A stretch of DNA of 59,470 nucleotides from a bacterium (GTDB lineage: Bacteria > Electryoneota > RPQS01): NCBI GenBank assembly GCA_018812265.1, contig JAHJDG010000127.1:1-59470 (forward strand), read 5' to 3'. The notes under the pieces are model-generated. The model did no database searches. It saw only the letters and a program-made list of their open reading frames with translations, and was not told the origin of the DNA. The position numbers and the translations under genes were made by a program. Below are positions 47,011 through 56,031 of this stretch, piece after piece (within the stretch, counting starts at the first letter, position 1; each line of letters begins with the position of its first letter).

Positions 47011-48380
47011 GACGATGATGGTCCTTCATTCATTGTGCGTCCGATGACGCCGTTTGGGTGTGGAGCAATGACCTCCACCGAACAAATCATGCCTGCAAAA
47101 CCGTCTGGCATGTCTGCGTACACATCCAAATAGTCTGAAGCGTGTCCGGCGAGCAATCCACCGACGCGCCGGCTCTCAAACAACACGGATTCAATGCAAC
47201 CGATATGTTGTTCCCTGAATCGTCGCCGCAGATCCGCGTCGAGATCCTTCATGATTCGAACTCGCGTGCGAGTCTCGCTTTCCGGCACGGGATCGGGCAG
47301 GCGAAGCGCCGGCGTACCGGGACGCGGACTGTAGGGAAACACGTGCAGGTAGGAAACGGGAGAATCGTCCAGAAACTCTCGAGTGGCTTTAAAACTCCGG
47401 TTTGACTCGCCGGGGAAGCCCACGATGACGTCCGCTCCGAAACCCCACCGATTATGGATACGGGCAGACCGGTCAAAGATCCGTTCGATGTCGCGCACCG
47501 TGTATCGCCGGTTCATGCGACGAAGAATCTCATCGTCGGCAGTTTGCAGCGGCAGATGAAGATGCGGACAAATCACTTCCGACTCGGCCATCACGCGAAG
47601 CAATCGGTCACTGATCGCCCACGGTTCCACGCTGCCGAGCCGCAATCGTCGCAGACCCTCAACTTCGCGAAGCGATTCCAATAGCAGGGACAAGCCGTCG
47701 TTCAGACCGAGATCTCGACCATAAGTGCCGAGCGCCACTCCGGTCAGGACGATCTCCGCAAATCCCTCGCCCACAAGCCGTTGAATCTCCGCAACGGCGT
47801 CCGCAATCGGCAGGCTTCGCCCGCGACCGCGTAATCGCGGGATAATGCAGTACGTGCAACTCTGGGAACAACCGTCCTGAATCTTGAGAAAAGTCCGGGT
47901 TCTCCCCAACAGACTCGTCACGACCGCTGACGGTTCGAATCGAGCGGCCCGATGGACTCCCCCGACGTGAACTCCGGTTGGACCCGCTGTAAGCCCCGGC
48001 GTGACGTAGTCGAGTACGCGACCTTTCTCGCGGTTCCCAATCACTACTCTCACACCGTCCATGGCAGCCAGTGTGTCGGGAGTCCGCTCAGCCATACATC
48101 CCGCCGCCACGATCAGAGCGGTCGGATGTTGCCGACGATACGAGCGCAGAAGTGTTCGTGCTTTTCGTTCCGCGTTGGCGGTGACGGCACACGTGTTGAC
48201 GACGAAGATGTCCGCCTGCGTTGCCCGATCAACGACGTCGTAGCCCGCCGCGCGAAACTGAGCGAGAATCTGTTCGCTCTCGTACTGATTCAACTTGCAG
48301 CCGAGTGTAGCGACCGATGCCGTTCGCGGAGGAGATGGGTTCTCCTCTACGTCACCGAAATGCTCGGATACGGCTTGCAT
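47007..48380 (-). CDS. mtaB: tRNA threonylcarbamoyladenosine methylthiotransferase
   Basis: TLGCKLNQYE, NTCAVT, radical SAM KIQDGCSQSCTYCIIP, DVIVGFPGE, TRAM tail; AAGGAG RBS before ATG 48380. Confidence 0.9.
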   Translation of the reverse strand: MQAVSEHFGDVEENPSPPRTASVATLGCKLNQYESEQILAQFRAAGYDVVDRATQADIFVVNTCAVTANAERKARTLLRSYRRQHPTALIVAAGCMAERTPDTLAAMDGVRVVIGNREKGRVLDYVTPGLTAGPTGVHVGGVHRAARFEPSAVVTSLLGRTRTFLKIQDGCSQSCTYCIIPRLRGRGRSLPIADAVAEIQRLVGEGFAEIVLTGVALGTYGRDLGLNDGLSLLLESLREVEGLRRLRLGSVEPWAISDRLLRVMAESEVICPHLHLPLQTADDEILRRMNRRYTVRDIERIFDRSARIHNRWGFGADVIVGFPGESNRSFKATREFLDDSPVSYLHVFPYSPRPGTPALRLPDPVPESETRTRVRIMKDLDADLRRRFREQHIGCIESVLFESRRVGGLLAGHASDYLDVYADMPDGFAGMICSVEVIAPHPNGVIGRTMNEGPSSS

Positions 48381-48399
48381 GCTCCTTGTGGCGGATCCT

Positions 48400-50295
48400 C
48401 TACTCGCGAGGCTCGCCGCCTTCTTCACCCTCCTCGCCTTTCGTGGGAGATTCTTCAGGGGGAGTTATTTCTTTCCCAGAGGACGGTTGATCCACTGTCG
48501 GCGGCAACGGAGTCGGCGGCTCATCCATGTCGCTGCCGATAATATACTGCTGGTAGGCATCGTCCTCCGGCTCTTCGGCGGCCGACTCCTCCGCCGGCGC
48601 CTGGGCCGCCAAAATGATCTTCTTCGACTCCTTGTCGAACTCAATCACCTCGAGCTGCAATTCCTCACCGACCGAGATCGCTTGCTTGCCGCCGCGAGTA
48701 ACGCGCTTCAGTTGGCTGTTGGGAGCGAAGCCCTCCACGTCCTTCGGCAATTCGACGACCACGCCTTTTTCGAGAACGCGCGCAACTTTGCCGGTGGTTC
48801 GCGTTCCCACCGCATAGAGCTGCGCGAACTCATCCCACGGATTCGCCTGTGCCTGTTTGAGTCCAAGCGCAATGCGACGTTCATTCCGATCGAAACCGAG
48901 GACGACGATCTCGACCTCTTCTCCTTTCTTCAGAATCTCACCGGGGTGACGCACGCGCTTCGTCCACGACAGATCGGAAATGTGAACGAGACCGTCAATG
49001 CCGTCTTCCAGTTCGACGAACGCCCCAAACGGTACGAGATCGCGAACCCGTCCGACGTGGCGCGTTCCCACCGCGTATTTGATTTCGAGGTTCTCCCACG
49101 GATCCGGCTCCACCTGCTTCAGTCCCAAAGAGATCTTGCGATTCTCCTTGTCAATACTGAGGACGACCACGTCAATTTCATCGCCCACCGATAGAAGGGC
49201 CGAGGGATGCTTGATATGCTGAGTCCAGCTCATTTCACTGATGTGAACCAGCCCTTCGAGACCTTTCTCGAGCTCAACGAATGCTCCGTAGCGGGCAATC
49301 GAAACGACGCGCCCATGCACTTTCGCTCCCACCGGATACTTCTCTTCCACTCCTTCCCAGGGATGAGGCTGGAGTTGTTTCAGCCCGATGGAGATGCGCT
49401 GGCGCTCCTTGTCGTAGTCGAGAACCTTGACGGTGATCTTCGAATCGAGTTGAACCAGCTCGGACGGATGACTGACGCGTCCCCAGGAGAGATCGGTGAT
49501 GTGCAGCAAACCGTCCACACCCCCGAGATCAACAAAGACGCCGAAATCGGTGATGTTCTTCACGCTACCGGTCATCACGTCGCCGACCTTGAGCTCGCCG
49601 AGCACCTTCTCGCGGATTCCGGCCAGGCTCTCTTCGACGATCACTTTTCGCGAAACCACGATATTCTTGCGCATATCGTTCAGCTTCACGATCCGAAATT
49701 CCATTTCGTTTCCGACGAGGGCGTCAAAGTCCCGCACCGGATGCACGTCAATCTGTGAACCGGGAAGGAACGCGTCTATCGAGAGGACGTCCACCACGAA
49801 ACCGCCCTTGATGCGACGCATGACCTTGCCGCGGATAATCTCCTGATCGCGATAGATCGCTCCAATGCGCTCCCAAATCTTGAGGAAGTCCGCCTTTCTC
49901 TTGGAAAGGATCAACTGTCCTTCAGCATCTTCCACACGATCAAGATAGACCTCGACGTCATCGCCGACGTTGAACGATTCACCGGGCGCGAATTCCTCAA
50001 TGGCAACCGTGCCCTCGGACTTGAATCCAATGTCAATCGAGATTTCTTTCTCGCCGACGGCGATAATCTTGCCCTTGATGATTTCGCCCTCGCGGAACTC
50101 CATAATCATCTTCTCATAGAGTGCCGCCAAGTCCTGAGTCTCATGGGACTCGGTCTTGCTTTCGGGCAGTTCCTCCGGGCGGACCTTGCGACCGCGAAAA
50201 CGCACTTCTTCGACGATTCTCTGAGGCTCAACGGACGCCGGCACAGGTTCGCCGGCGGGTGTCGGCTCAGGAGATGGGTTTGGGGTTTGATTCAT
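48400..50295 (-). CDS. rpsA: 30S ribosomal protein S1
   Basis: Six S1 repeats (DIGFKSEG, FLPGSQ, FGVFVDLGGVDGLLHITD, GLVHISEMSW); acidic Pro-rich termini. Confidence 0.97.
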   Translation of the reverse strand: MNQTPNPSPEPTPAGEPVPASVEPQRIVEEVRFRGRKVRPEELPESKTESHETQDLAALYEKMIMEFREGEIIKGKIIAVGEKEISIDIGFKSEGTVAIEEFAPGESFNVGDDVEVYLDRVEDAEGQLILSKRKADFLKIWERIGAIYRDQEIIRGKVMRRIKGGFVVDVLSIDAFLPGSQIDVHPVRDFDALVGNEMEFRIVKLNDMRKNIVVSRKVIVEESLAGIREKVLGELKVGDVMTGSVKNITDFGVFVDLGGVDGLLHITDLSWGRVSHPSELVQLDSKITVKVLDYDKERQRISIGLKQLQPHPWEGVEEKYPVGAKVHGRVVSIARYGAFVELEKGLEGLVHISEMSWTQHIKHPSALLSVGDEIDVVVLSIDKENRKISLGLKQVEPDPWENLEIKYAVGTRHVGRVRDLVPFGAFVELEDGIDGLVHISDLSWTKRVRHPGEILKKGEEVEIVVLGFDRNERRIALGLKQAQANPWDEFAQLYAVGTRTTGKVARVLEKGVVVELPKDVEGFAPNSQLKRVTRGGKQAISVGEELQLEVIEFDKESKKIILAAQAPAEESAAEEPEDDAYQQYIIGSDMDEPPTPLPPTVDQPSSGKEITPPEESPTKGEEGEEGGEPRE

Positions 50296-50355
50296 AGAAG
50301 ATTCCCGATTGCTTTGCGCCCGCCCGGGAACTTGACGGGGTTGAGTTGAAACAGA

Positions 50356-51036
50356 TTATCTGAGACGTTCATCATCAATCACACTTCGCTCATAGACCGG
50401 TCCCCTGGACGGCGATGGATCCTGAGCGAAAACCAGCGACAGATCGCGAATGCGCTCCACGACGGCGTCCGACACGGCCTGATAGAGCTCCCGTCCCCGA
50501 AGACCCTCCGGCATCAGTTCCGAGGCCGGGATCGAATGCCCGAACGTAACCGCCACTCCCGGTCGGCCTCGCAATCTCGGTGATGCTTGGGCCGTCCCGT
50601 GAAGATAGGCCGGAATGACCGGCGCGCCCGAAAGACACACGACCCAACCCAGACCCAGCTTCGGCTTCAGGAATCCATCTTCCGGCGCGCGGGTGCCCTC
50701 GGGGAAAAACGCCAGAGCTCCATTCTGCCGGAGGACGTCCAAACATTTAGCCAGTGCCGTACGGTCAAACTCACCGCGGCGGACGGGAAAGGCATTCAGA
50801 TAACGGAGGAATCGCCCGAGCAGCGCGTTGCGAAAAAGTTCCTCCTTGGCAAAGTAGTGAAGTTCACGCCGGACCACCGCTCCCAGCAGCGGCGGATCGT
50901 AGTTCGAGCGATGGTTCGACGCGACGATAATCGGGCCGGACTCGGGAATGTTCTCAACGCCGTGAATGGAGATTCCGCATCCCAAACGGAATAGTCCCTG
51001 AGCCAATCCCCGAACCAGGGCATACCCCTGACGCAT
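50356..51036 (-). CDS. plsC: 1-acyl-sn-glycerol-3-phosphate acyltransferase
   Basis: HX4D motif NHRSNYD, FAKEEL, FPEGTR. Confidence 0.88.
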   Translation of the reverse strand: MRQGYALVRGLAQGLFRLGCGISIHGVENIPESGPIIVASNHRSNYDPPLLGAVVRRELHYFAKEELFRNALLGRFLRYLNAFPVRRGEFDRTALAKCLDVLRQNGALAFFPEGTRAPEDGFLKPKLGLGWVVCLSGAPVIPAYLHGTAQASPRLRGRPGVAVTFGHSIPASELMPEGLRGRELYQAVSDAVVERIRDLSLVFAQDPSPSRGPVYERSVIDDERLR

Positions 51037-51039
51037 GGA

Positions 51040-51735
51040 TCAACCTTTGCGCCGCGCGGCCATCACCTTCCTGGCCATTTCCACCACATGCTCGACCTGA
51101 TCCCCGATCGTGAGATGTGTCGTGTCAAGCTCGATGGCATCTTGCGCCTTGCGAAGAGGACTGTGCGCGCGCGTTGAATCCCGATCATCGCGAGTCCGAA
51201 TGGCGGATTCAACCTCGTCAAGGCTCTGCTCGATGCCACGACCAAGCATCTCCTTGCGTCGCCGCTTCGCGCGCGTCTTGACGTCCGCGACCAAGAATAT
51301 CTTCACGTCGGCGTCGGGAAAAACCACCGTGCCGATGTCCCGGCCGTCCAACACGATCCCGCCCGACTTGCCGAGTTCGCGTTGCCATCCGACGAGGTGC
51401 TCGCGAACGCTCGGATCTTCCGACACCGGACCCACCCACAGCGATACTTCGGGCGAACGGATCTCATCGGTCACGTCTTCATCGTCGAGAAGGATTCTTG
51501 TTTGTGACCGATCTTCCTTCTGGCTGACCGTCGTCGCACGCAGAAGGGCAGCCACTTTGCCCGCGTCGGTCAATTCGATTCCGCAACGGAGCATCTTGAG
51601 AGCGACGGCACGATACATCGCACCCGTATCCACGTGCATGTATCCGAGCCGTTGAGCGACCAACTTGGCGGTCGAGGATTTCCCGCTGCTGGCCGGGCCG
51701 TCTATGGCGATCACTAATCCGGACGACCGACTCAC
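51040..51735 (-). CDS. cmk: Cytidylate kinase
   Basis: IAIDGPASSGKSS, DTGAMYR, DGRDIGTVVFPDA, RDDRD. Confidence 0.96.
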   Translation of the reverse strand: MSRSSGLVIAIDGPASSGKSSTAKLVAQRLGYMHVDTGAMYRAVALKMLRCGIELTDAGKVAALLRATTVSQKEDRSQTRILLDDEDVTDEIRSPEVSLWVGPVSEDPSVREHLVGWQRELGKSGGIVLDGRDIGTVVFPDADVKIFLVADVKTRAKRRRKEMLGRGIEQSLDEVESAIRTRDDRDSTRAHSPLRKAQDAIELDTTHLTIGDQVEHVVEMARKVMAARRKG

Positions 51736-53435
51736 GATTTGATTCGACCACCCTTCTCTTCTTCGATGAAGATGTGCGTGACGATCTTTCCGGCAAAGAA
51801 CTCTTCTCCCTCACCCAACATGCACCGTTCCCACGGAAAGGCGGACGAAGTGTCTTCCGCCGCTTCGCCCGTGGTAGCCGCGTAGAAGTCGGCGATGCGC
51901 TGCTGCCACTTCTTCATGTTGGACGGTCGCAGATCCAGCCAGCCCTTGTCCGCCCATTCATCTATGCAGCCGTCCCACATCGGAATTTCATTGCTGCCGG
52001 AGTAGGCCGGGATTTTCACTTCCGGGCCACGCAGAATGCTCTTGCCGTCGGGAAGAAGAATGGGAACGCCGATCGAGATTATCGTGGCCCGCAGCTTCGA
52101 ATCCTTCCGGAGAATGCTCCAAAGCTCTTCGGAGACGACCTCCGGTCTGATGTTCACCGACGACGACGGATCCGGATACGCCCGTTTGATCAGGTGCGCC
52201 TCATAAAGCAGTTTGGAAAGGTGCGGCGGGCCGAGCATTTCAAACGCGACACTCGAAATCCCGTGTTCATGCTCGAGACGTTGCATCTCTCCCAAGGCTG
52301 CGCCCCGCAGAATGGCGGCTCGATACGACGGCCCCATCGCGACCGCGTCCAACGCTCCCACGACGTCGAAACCGCTGTTGCCGCCCTCGATTTCCCACAA
52401 CACGGCATCGGCGATTTCCTCGGGAGTTACGAACTCCATTTGCTGTGCCGCCGTGATCGTGAAAAACTCCCCGGCCGAGAAGATTCCGTTTTCTCCCGTG
52501 TCAATAAACACCGATTTCAGATTATCTCCCGTTGATTCGCCGCTGTCGGGGTGATTCCTTACGAACGTTCCGCCCAGAAGCTCGGGCTTCTCGGGACTGC
52601 AATCGTAGAGCGGAATGGGACGGCCGCCCCGAAGCACTTCGCCGTACGCGATTCTCTTCCAGGCGATTGCCGCCGCCGGTTTGACCTCCTTGACGTACGG
52701 ACAACCCGGTGTGCGCGCCATCAGAAACAGCAACATGGTATGCGCGCCGGCCATGGAAGATTTGGCGAGGAGTTGCGCCGACGGCTTTTCTTCGGAATGT
52801 GTGTACGGAATATTGAAACCCATGCCGCCGGTGCCGGTCGTCCCCACTTTAATGTACGTGTGAACCCCCGTCTGACTGGACGATTCCGCCAAGACCTGAA
52901 TGTGGCGGATCAGCTGCGGGACATAGACCGTTCCGCAAAAACGCTCCATCCGGTCAAGGATAGAATCGTCCACCGGAGTCCGCTTGGCGTGCATTTCGAA
53001 GATACTCTTCACGTCGTAGTACGCCGAATAGATGTCCTGATAGGCGAATCCCGTTGCGGCATTCACGCAATCCACGATAACGTCGGGACGGTGCTCCGCA
53101 ATAAGACGATGCAGGAAGAACACCTTCAGCCGTTCGGGCGTCAGCTTCTCGAAAACGTCTTCGATGAATTGCCGTCGAAGCTGCGGTTTGCTCATAACTT
53201 CGCGACGAGGAATGTCTTTGAAATCCTCGCGTACGAAGATGTCTCCCCACGCCGGGGTCATGGTGACCTTGGGAAACTCGGCTTCGAGCTCGCGGACCGC
53301 CTCCTCGGCCTCCGACTGTCGAAGCGAAAGCACGATAATCTTCGACGGCCCGCGCGAAAGAATTCGACGACAGACCGCCATGCCAACAAGCCCCCACCCG
53401 CCCAGCACCATCACGGTTGAATTTCTCAGCATCAT
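51732..53435 (-). CDS. Uncharacterised 567-aa protein with an N-terminal NAD(P)-binding Rossmann (atypical SDR-like) domain
   Basis: VLGGWGLVG (GxxGxxG), PDVIVDCVNAA, KVGTTGTGG; overlaps the scpB stop and the cmk start. Confidence 0.7.
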   Translation of the reverse strand: MMLRNSTVMVLGGWGLVGMAVCRRILSRGPSKIIVLSLRQSEAEEAVRELEAEFPKVTMTPAWGDIFVREDFKDIPRREVMSKPQLRRQFIEDVFEKLTPERLKVFFLHRLIAEHRPDVIVDCVNAATGFAYQDIYSAYYDVKSIFEMHAKRTPVDDSILDRMERFCGTVYVPQLIRHIQVLAESSSQTGVHTYIKVGTTGTGGMGFNIPYTHSEEKPSAQLLAKSSMAGAHTMLLFLMARTPGCPYVKEVKPAAAIAWKRIAYGEVLRGGRPIPLYDCSPEKPELLGGTFVRNHPDSGESTGDNLKSVFIDTGENGIFSAGEFFTITAAQQMEFVTPEEIADAVLWEIEGGNSGFDVVGALDAVAMGPSYRAAILRGAALGEMQRLEHEHGISSVAFEMLGPPHLSKLLYEAHLIKRAYPDPSSSVNIRPEVVSEELWSILRKDSKLRATIISIGVPILLPDGKSILRGPEVKIPAYSGSNEIPMWDGCIDEWADKGWLDLRPSNMKKWQQRIADFYAATTGEAAEDTSSAFPWERCMLGEGEEFFAGKIVTHIFIEEEKGGRIKS

Positions 53436-54205
53436 GGGTTGGCGTCCTTCTCGGGATCAGTTACTTCAACCGGTGGGATCGGCCACCGGCCATTATCCGT
53501 TTCCTCCGTGGGATCAATCGTATGTGGATCGGAGGATGATTCGTCGGTACCGAGCTCCATTTGGGCGTGCTCCTCTTCGCGTCGCTGGCCCCACTCGCGC
53601 AACAGCTCGGAATCTCTCGGCAAATCAGACAGGTCGGACAGTCCGAAATGCTTCAGGAAGTCCGGCGTGGTCTCGTACAACAAGGGTCGCCCCAGCACGT
53701 TGGCTCGACCGCGCACCGCGATCAAGCGGCGGTCCAGCAGCGTCCGCAGAACACCGCCGCAATCCACGCCGCGAATTTCGTCAATCTCCGTCCGCGTGAC
53801 CGGACCGCGAAAGGCAATGACGGCCAGCGTCTCGAGAGCCGCCCGTGACAGGCGAGAACGAGCCCGCTCGGCAAACAGTTTGCGCAGAACTCCGGAGTAG
53901 TCCCGGCGCGTGAAAAACTGGTAGCCGCCGGCGACGTGCAGAATCTCGAAAGCGCGTCCTTCCCGCTCATAATCCATGTTCAGCTCACGCACGAGATCGG
54001 GCAGCTTCGTAGCGTGCCGCTTGCCAACCGCCGCCGTAAACTGGCTCTCCGTCAGCGGTTCGGTACTGGCGAAAATCAAAGCCTCGGCCGCCGCCTTGAG
54101 AAACGATCCGTCGCGTTCCGGCTCCTCCGCTTCCACGGGATCGTTCTCCACCATCGAATCGTGCAGCTCGTCCCGGTTCTCTTCTGGCTCACTCATGATT
54201 GTCAT
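53432..54205 (-). CDS. scpB: SMC-Scp complex subunit ScpB
   Basis: EALIFAS, VAGGYQF, LSRAALETLAVIAFRGPVTR, IRGVD, GRPLLYETT..FLKHFGL. Confidence 0.96.
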   Translation of the reverse strand: MTIMSEPEENRDELHDSMVENDPVEAEEPERDGSFLKAAAEALIFASTEPLTESQFTAAVGKRHATKLPDLVRELNMDYEREGRAFEILHVAGGYQFFTRRDYSGVLRKLFAERARSRLSRAALETLAVIAFRGPVTRTEIDEIRGVDCGGVLRTLLDRRLIAVRGRANVLGRPLLYETTPDFLKHFGLSDLSDLPRDSELLREWGQRREEEHAQMELGTDESSSDPHTIDPTEETDNGRWPIPPVEVTDPEKDANP

Positions 54206-54942
54206 GCCGCCTGCAACTCCGGAACGTGCGCGCGGCTTAGAAAGATCTCGGAGAACGTCTCATTCTGCTCGACGCGTACCTGCTGCCGCTTCGCCAACTC
54301 AAGCACGGCCAGGAATGTCACGATAAACACCATGCGCTCCAGGTCGCGATCGAGTTGCTTCAAGAGCCCAAATCGTCCCAGTCTCTCGATGAGCGCAAAC
54401 ACCCATCTCATCCGCTCCTCAAGGCTCACCTTGTGAAGTCGCACCTGATGGAACAACCGGCTTTCCTTGCGACGCAAGACGTCCTCAATCGCGCACGTAA
54501 GGTCATAGATCGTCATCGGAAAAAGGTACTCGGTCGGCTCGGGTCGCGCGGAATCGGGAACGGGCGACCGTCCGGTCTCCCAGCGCTCCAGCATATCCGC
54601 TTCGTGATGTCCAAACCGCTCCGCTTCTTCCTTCGTCTTTTGATAGAGCAGGAGACGCTCGATAAGCTCGCGGCGCGGGTCCTCGACTTCCTCCATCTCC
54701 TCAACTTCGGGTCGCGGCAGCATCAATTTCGCCTTGATGGCGATCAGCGTGGCCGCCATCACCAGATAGTCGCCGGCCTCTTCCAGATTCTCAACGCCCA
54801 TCGCTTCGACCACCGCCAAGTACGAATCCGTGATCTCGGCCATCGGAAGGTCCAGAATGTCGTATTCCTTCCGCGCCACCAAGAACAGCAGCAGATCCAG
54901 CGGTCCCTCGAAGCGGGGTAGTTTCACCTGCCACACGCTCAT
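54202..54942 (-). CDS. scpA: Segregation and condensation protein A (kleisin)
   Basis: FEGPLDLLLFLV, YLVMAATLIAIKAKLMLP, FLAVLEL. Confidence 0.96.
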   Translation of the reverse strand: MSVWQVKLPRFEGPLDLLLFLVARKEYDILDLPMAEITDSYLAVVEAMGVENLEEAGDYLVMAATLIAIKAKLMLPRPEVEEMEEVEDPRRELIERLLLYQKTKEEAERFGHHEADMLERWETGRSPVPDSARPEPTEYLFPMTIYDLTCAIEDVLRRKESRLFHQVRLHKVSLEERMRWVFALIERLGRFGLLKQLDRDLERMVFIVTFLAVLELAKRQQVRVEQNETFSEIFLSRAHVPELQAA

Positions 54943-55955
54943 CCGAACCCCATTACGTCGTGGACTTCACGCATGGTGGCTTCGGCGGTCCGGCCGGCGC
55001 GAGCCGTGCCGTCCGCAATGATCTCTTCGACCTCGCCGGGATGAGATTCGTAGTGTTGTCGCCGCTCGCGAACCGGAGCCAGATGCTCGATGATACTCGC
55101 CGCGCAGCGTTGTTTACAGTCCACACATCCCAAAGCTCCGCTCTCGCAGCCCTGCCGGATCTCGGGAACGATGTCGCCGTTAAATCGGTTTTGGTAGGCA
55201 AACACCAGACAGATATCGGGATGGCCCGGATCATTGCGGCGAATCTTCTGTGGATCGGTTACGGCCTGCCGCATCTTCTTCTGAATTTCTTCCGGCGAGT
55301 CGGAAATGAGAATGGTGTTGCCCAGCGACTTCGACATGCGCCGTCCGTCCAGTCCGGGCAATCGCGGAAAGTTCGAGAGCACGCCTTCCGGTTCGGGAAA
55401 GACCGGCCGGTCGGGCGAAAAAACGTTGTTGAAGCGGCGGGCGATTTCGCGGGTCACCTCGATATGCGGGAGCTGATCTTCTCCCACCGGAACGGCTTCG
55501 CCCTTGTACATGAGAATGTCGGCGGCCTGAAGAACCGGATAGCCCAAGTGACCGTAGGTAACGCGGGCTTCAAGTTCGAGATCGCGAATTTGTTCTTTCA
55601 ATGTCGGATTTCGTTCGAGGCGGGCCGTCGTGATCAGCATGGAAAGCAGCAGATGGAGTTCTGCGTGCTGTTTCACCTGAGATTGGATGAAGAACGGACT
55701 CTTCCGGGGGTCGAGACCGGCCGCCAGCCAGTCCGTAACCATCTCCAACGTGTTCCCGCGGATGAGTCGGGTGTGTTCGTAGTCCGTGGTCAGGGTATGC
55801 CAGTCGGCGACGAAATGATAGCTCTCGTATTCATCCTGCAAACCAACCCAGTTTTCAAGCGCCCCCACGTAGTTTCCCAGATGGAGTCGTCCGGTCGGCC
55901 GCATGCCCGAAAGAAGGCGTTTTTTTCGTGGACTTTTTGAAGCTGATTCTGGCAT
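54939..55955 (-). CDS. trpS: Tryptophan--tRNA ligase
   Basis: SGMRPTGRLHLGN, YPVLQAADI, VPVGEDQ, MSKS. Confidence 0.97.
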   Translation of the reverse strand: MPESASKSPRKKRLLSGMRPTGRLHLGNYVGALENWVGLQDEYESYHFVADWHTLTTDYEHTRLIRGNTLEMVTDWLAAGLDPRKSPFFIQSQVKQHAELHLLLSMLITTARLERNPTLKEQIRDLELEARVTYGHLGYPVLQAADILMYKGEAVPVGEDQLPHIEVTREIARRFNNVFSPDRPVFPEPEGVLSNFPRLPGLDGRRMSKSLGNTILISDSPEEIQKKMRQAVTDPQKIRRNDPGHPDICLVFAYQNRFNGDIVPEIRQGCESGALGCVDCKQRCAASIIEHLAPVRERRQHYESHPGEVEEIIADGTARAGRTAEATMREVHDVMGFG

Positions 55956-55968
55956 ACGATTAAACCGG

Positions 55969-55997
55969 AAGATACAATATTCTCACGAAAATAGCAA
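55969..55997 (-). promoter_or_regulatory. Candidate sigma70 promoter for trpS-scpAB
   Basis: TTGCTA (55997-55992), 17-nt spacer, TATCTT (55974-55969). Confidence 0.45.
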
Positions 55998-56020
55998 CCG
56001 GATCGCCGCTGGCGATCCGG
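55988..56020 (-). terminator. Intrinsic terminator after the propeller gene
   Basis: Perfect 10-bp stem CCGGATCGCC/GGCGATCCGG with a 3-nt loop, then TTGCTATTTT. Confidence 0.65.
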
Positions 56021-56031
56021 GCCAAATTCGA

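Noticed and set aside
11811-54942. smc plus scpAB as a Wadjet/MksBEFG defence system
   Set aside because: Canonical SMC, ScpA and ScpB sequences, about 38 kb apart in housekeeping operons, and no JetD/MksG toprim nuclease seen
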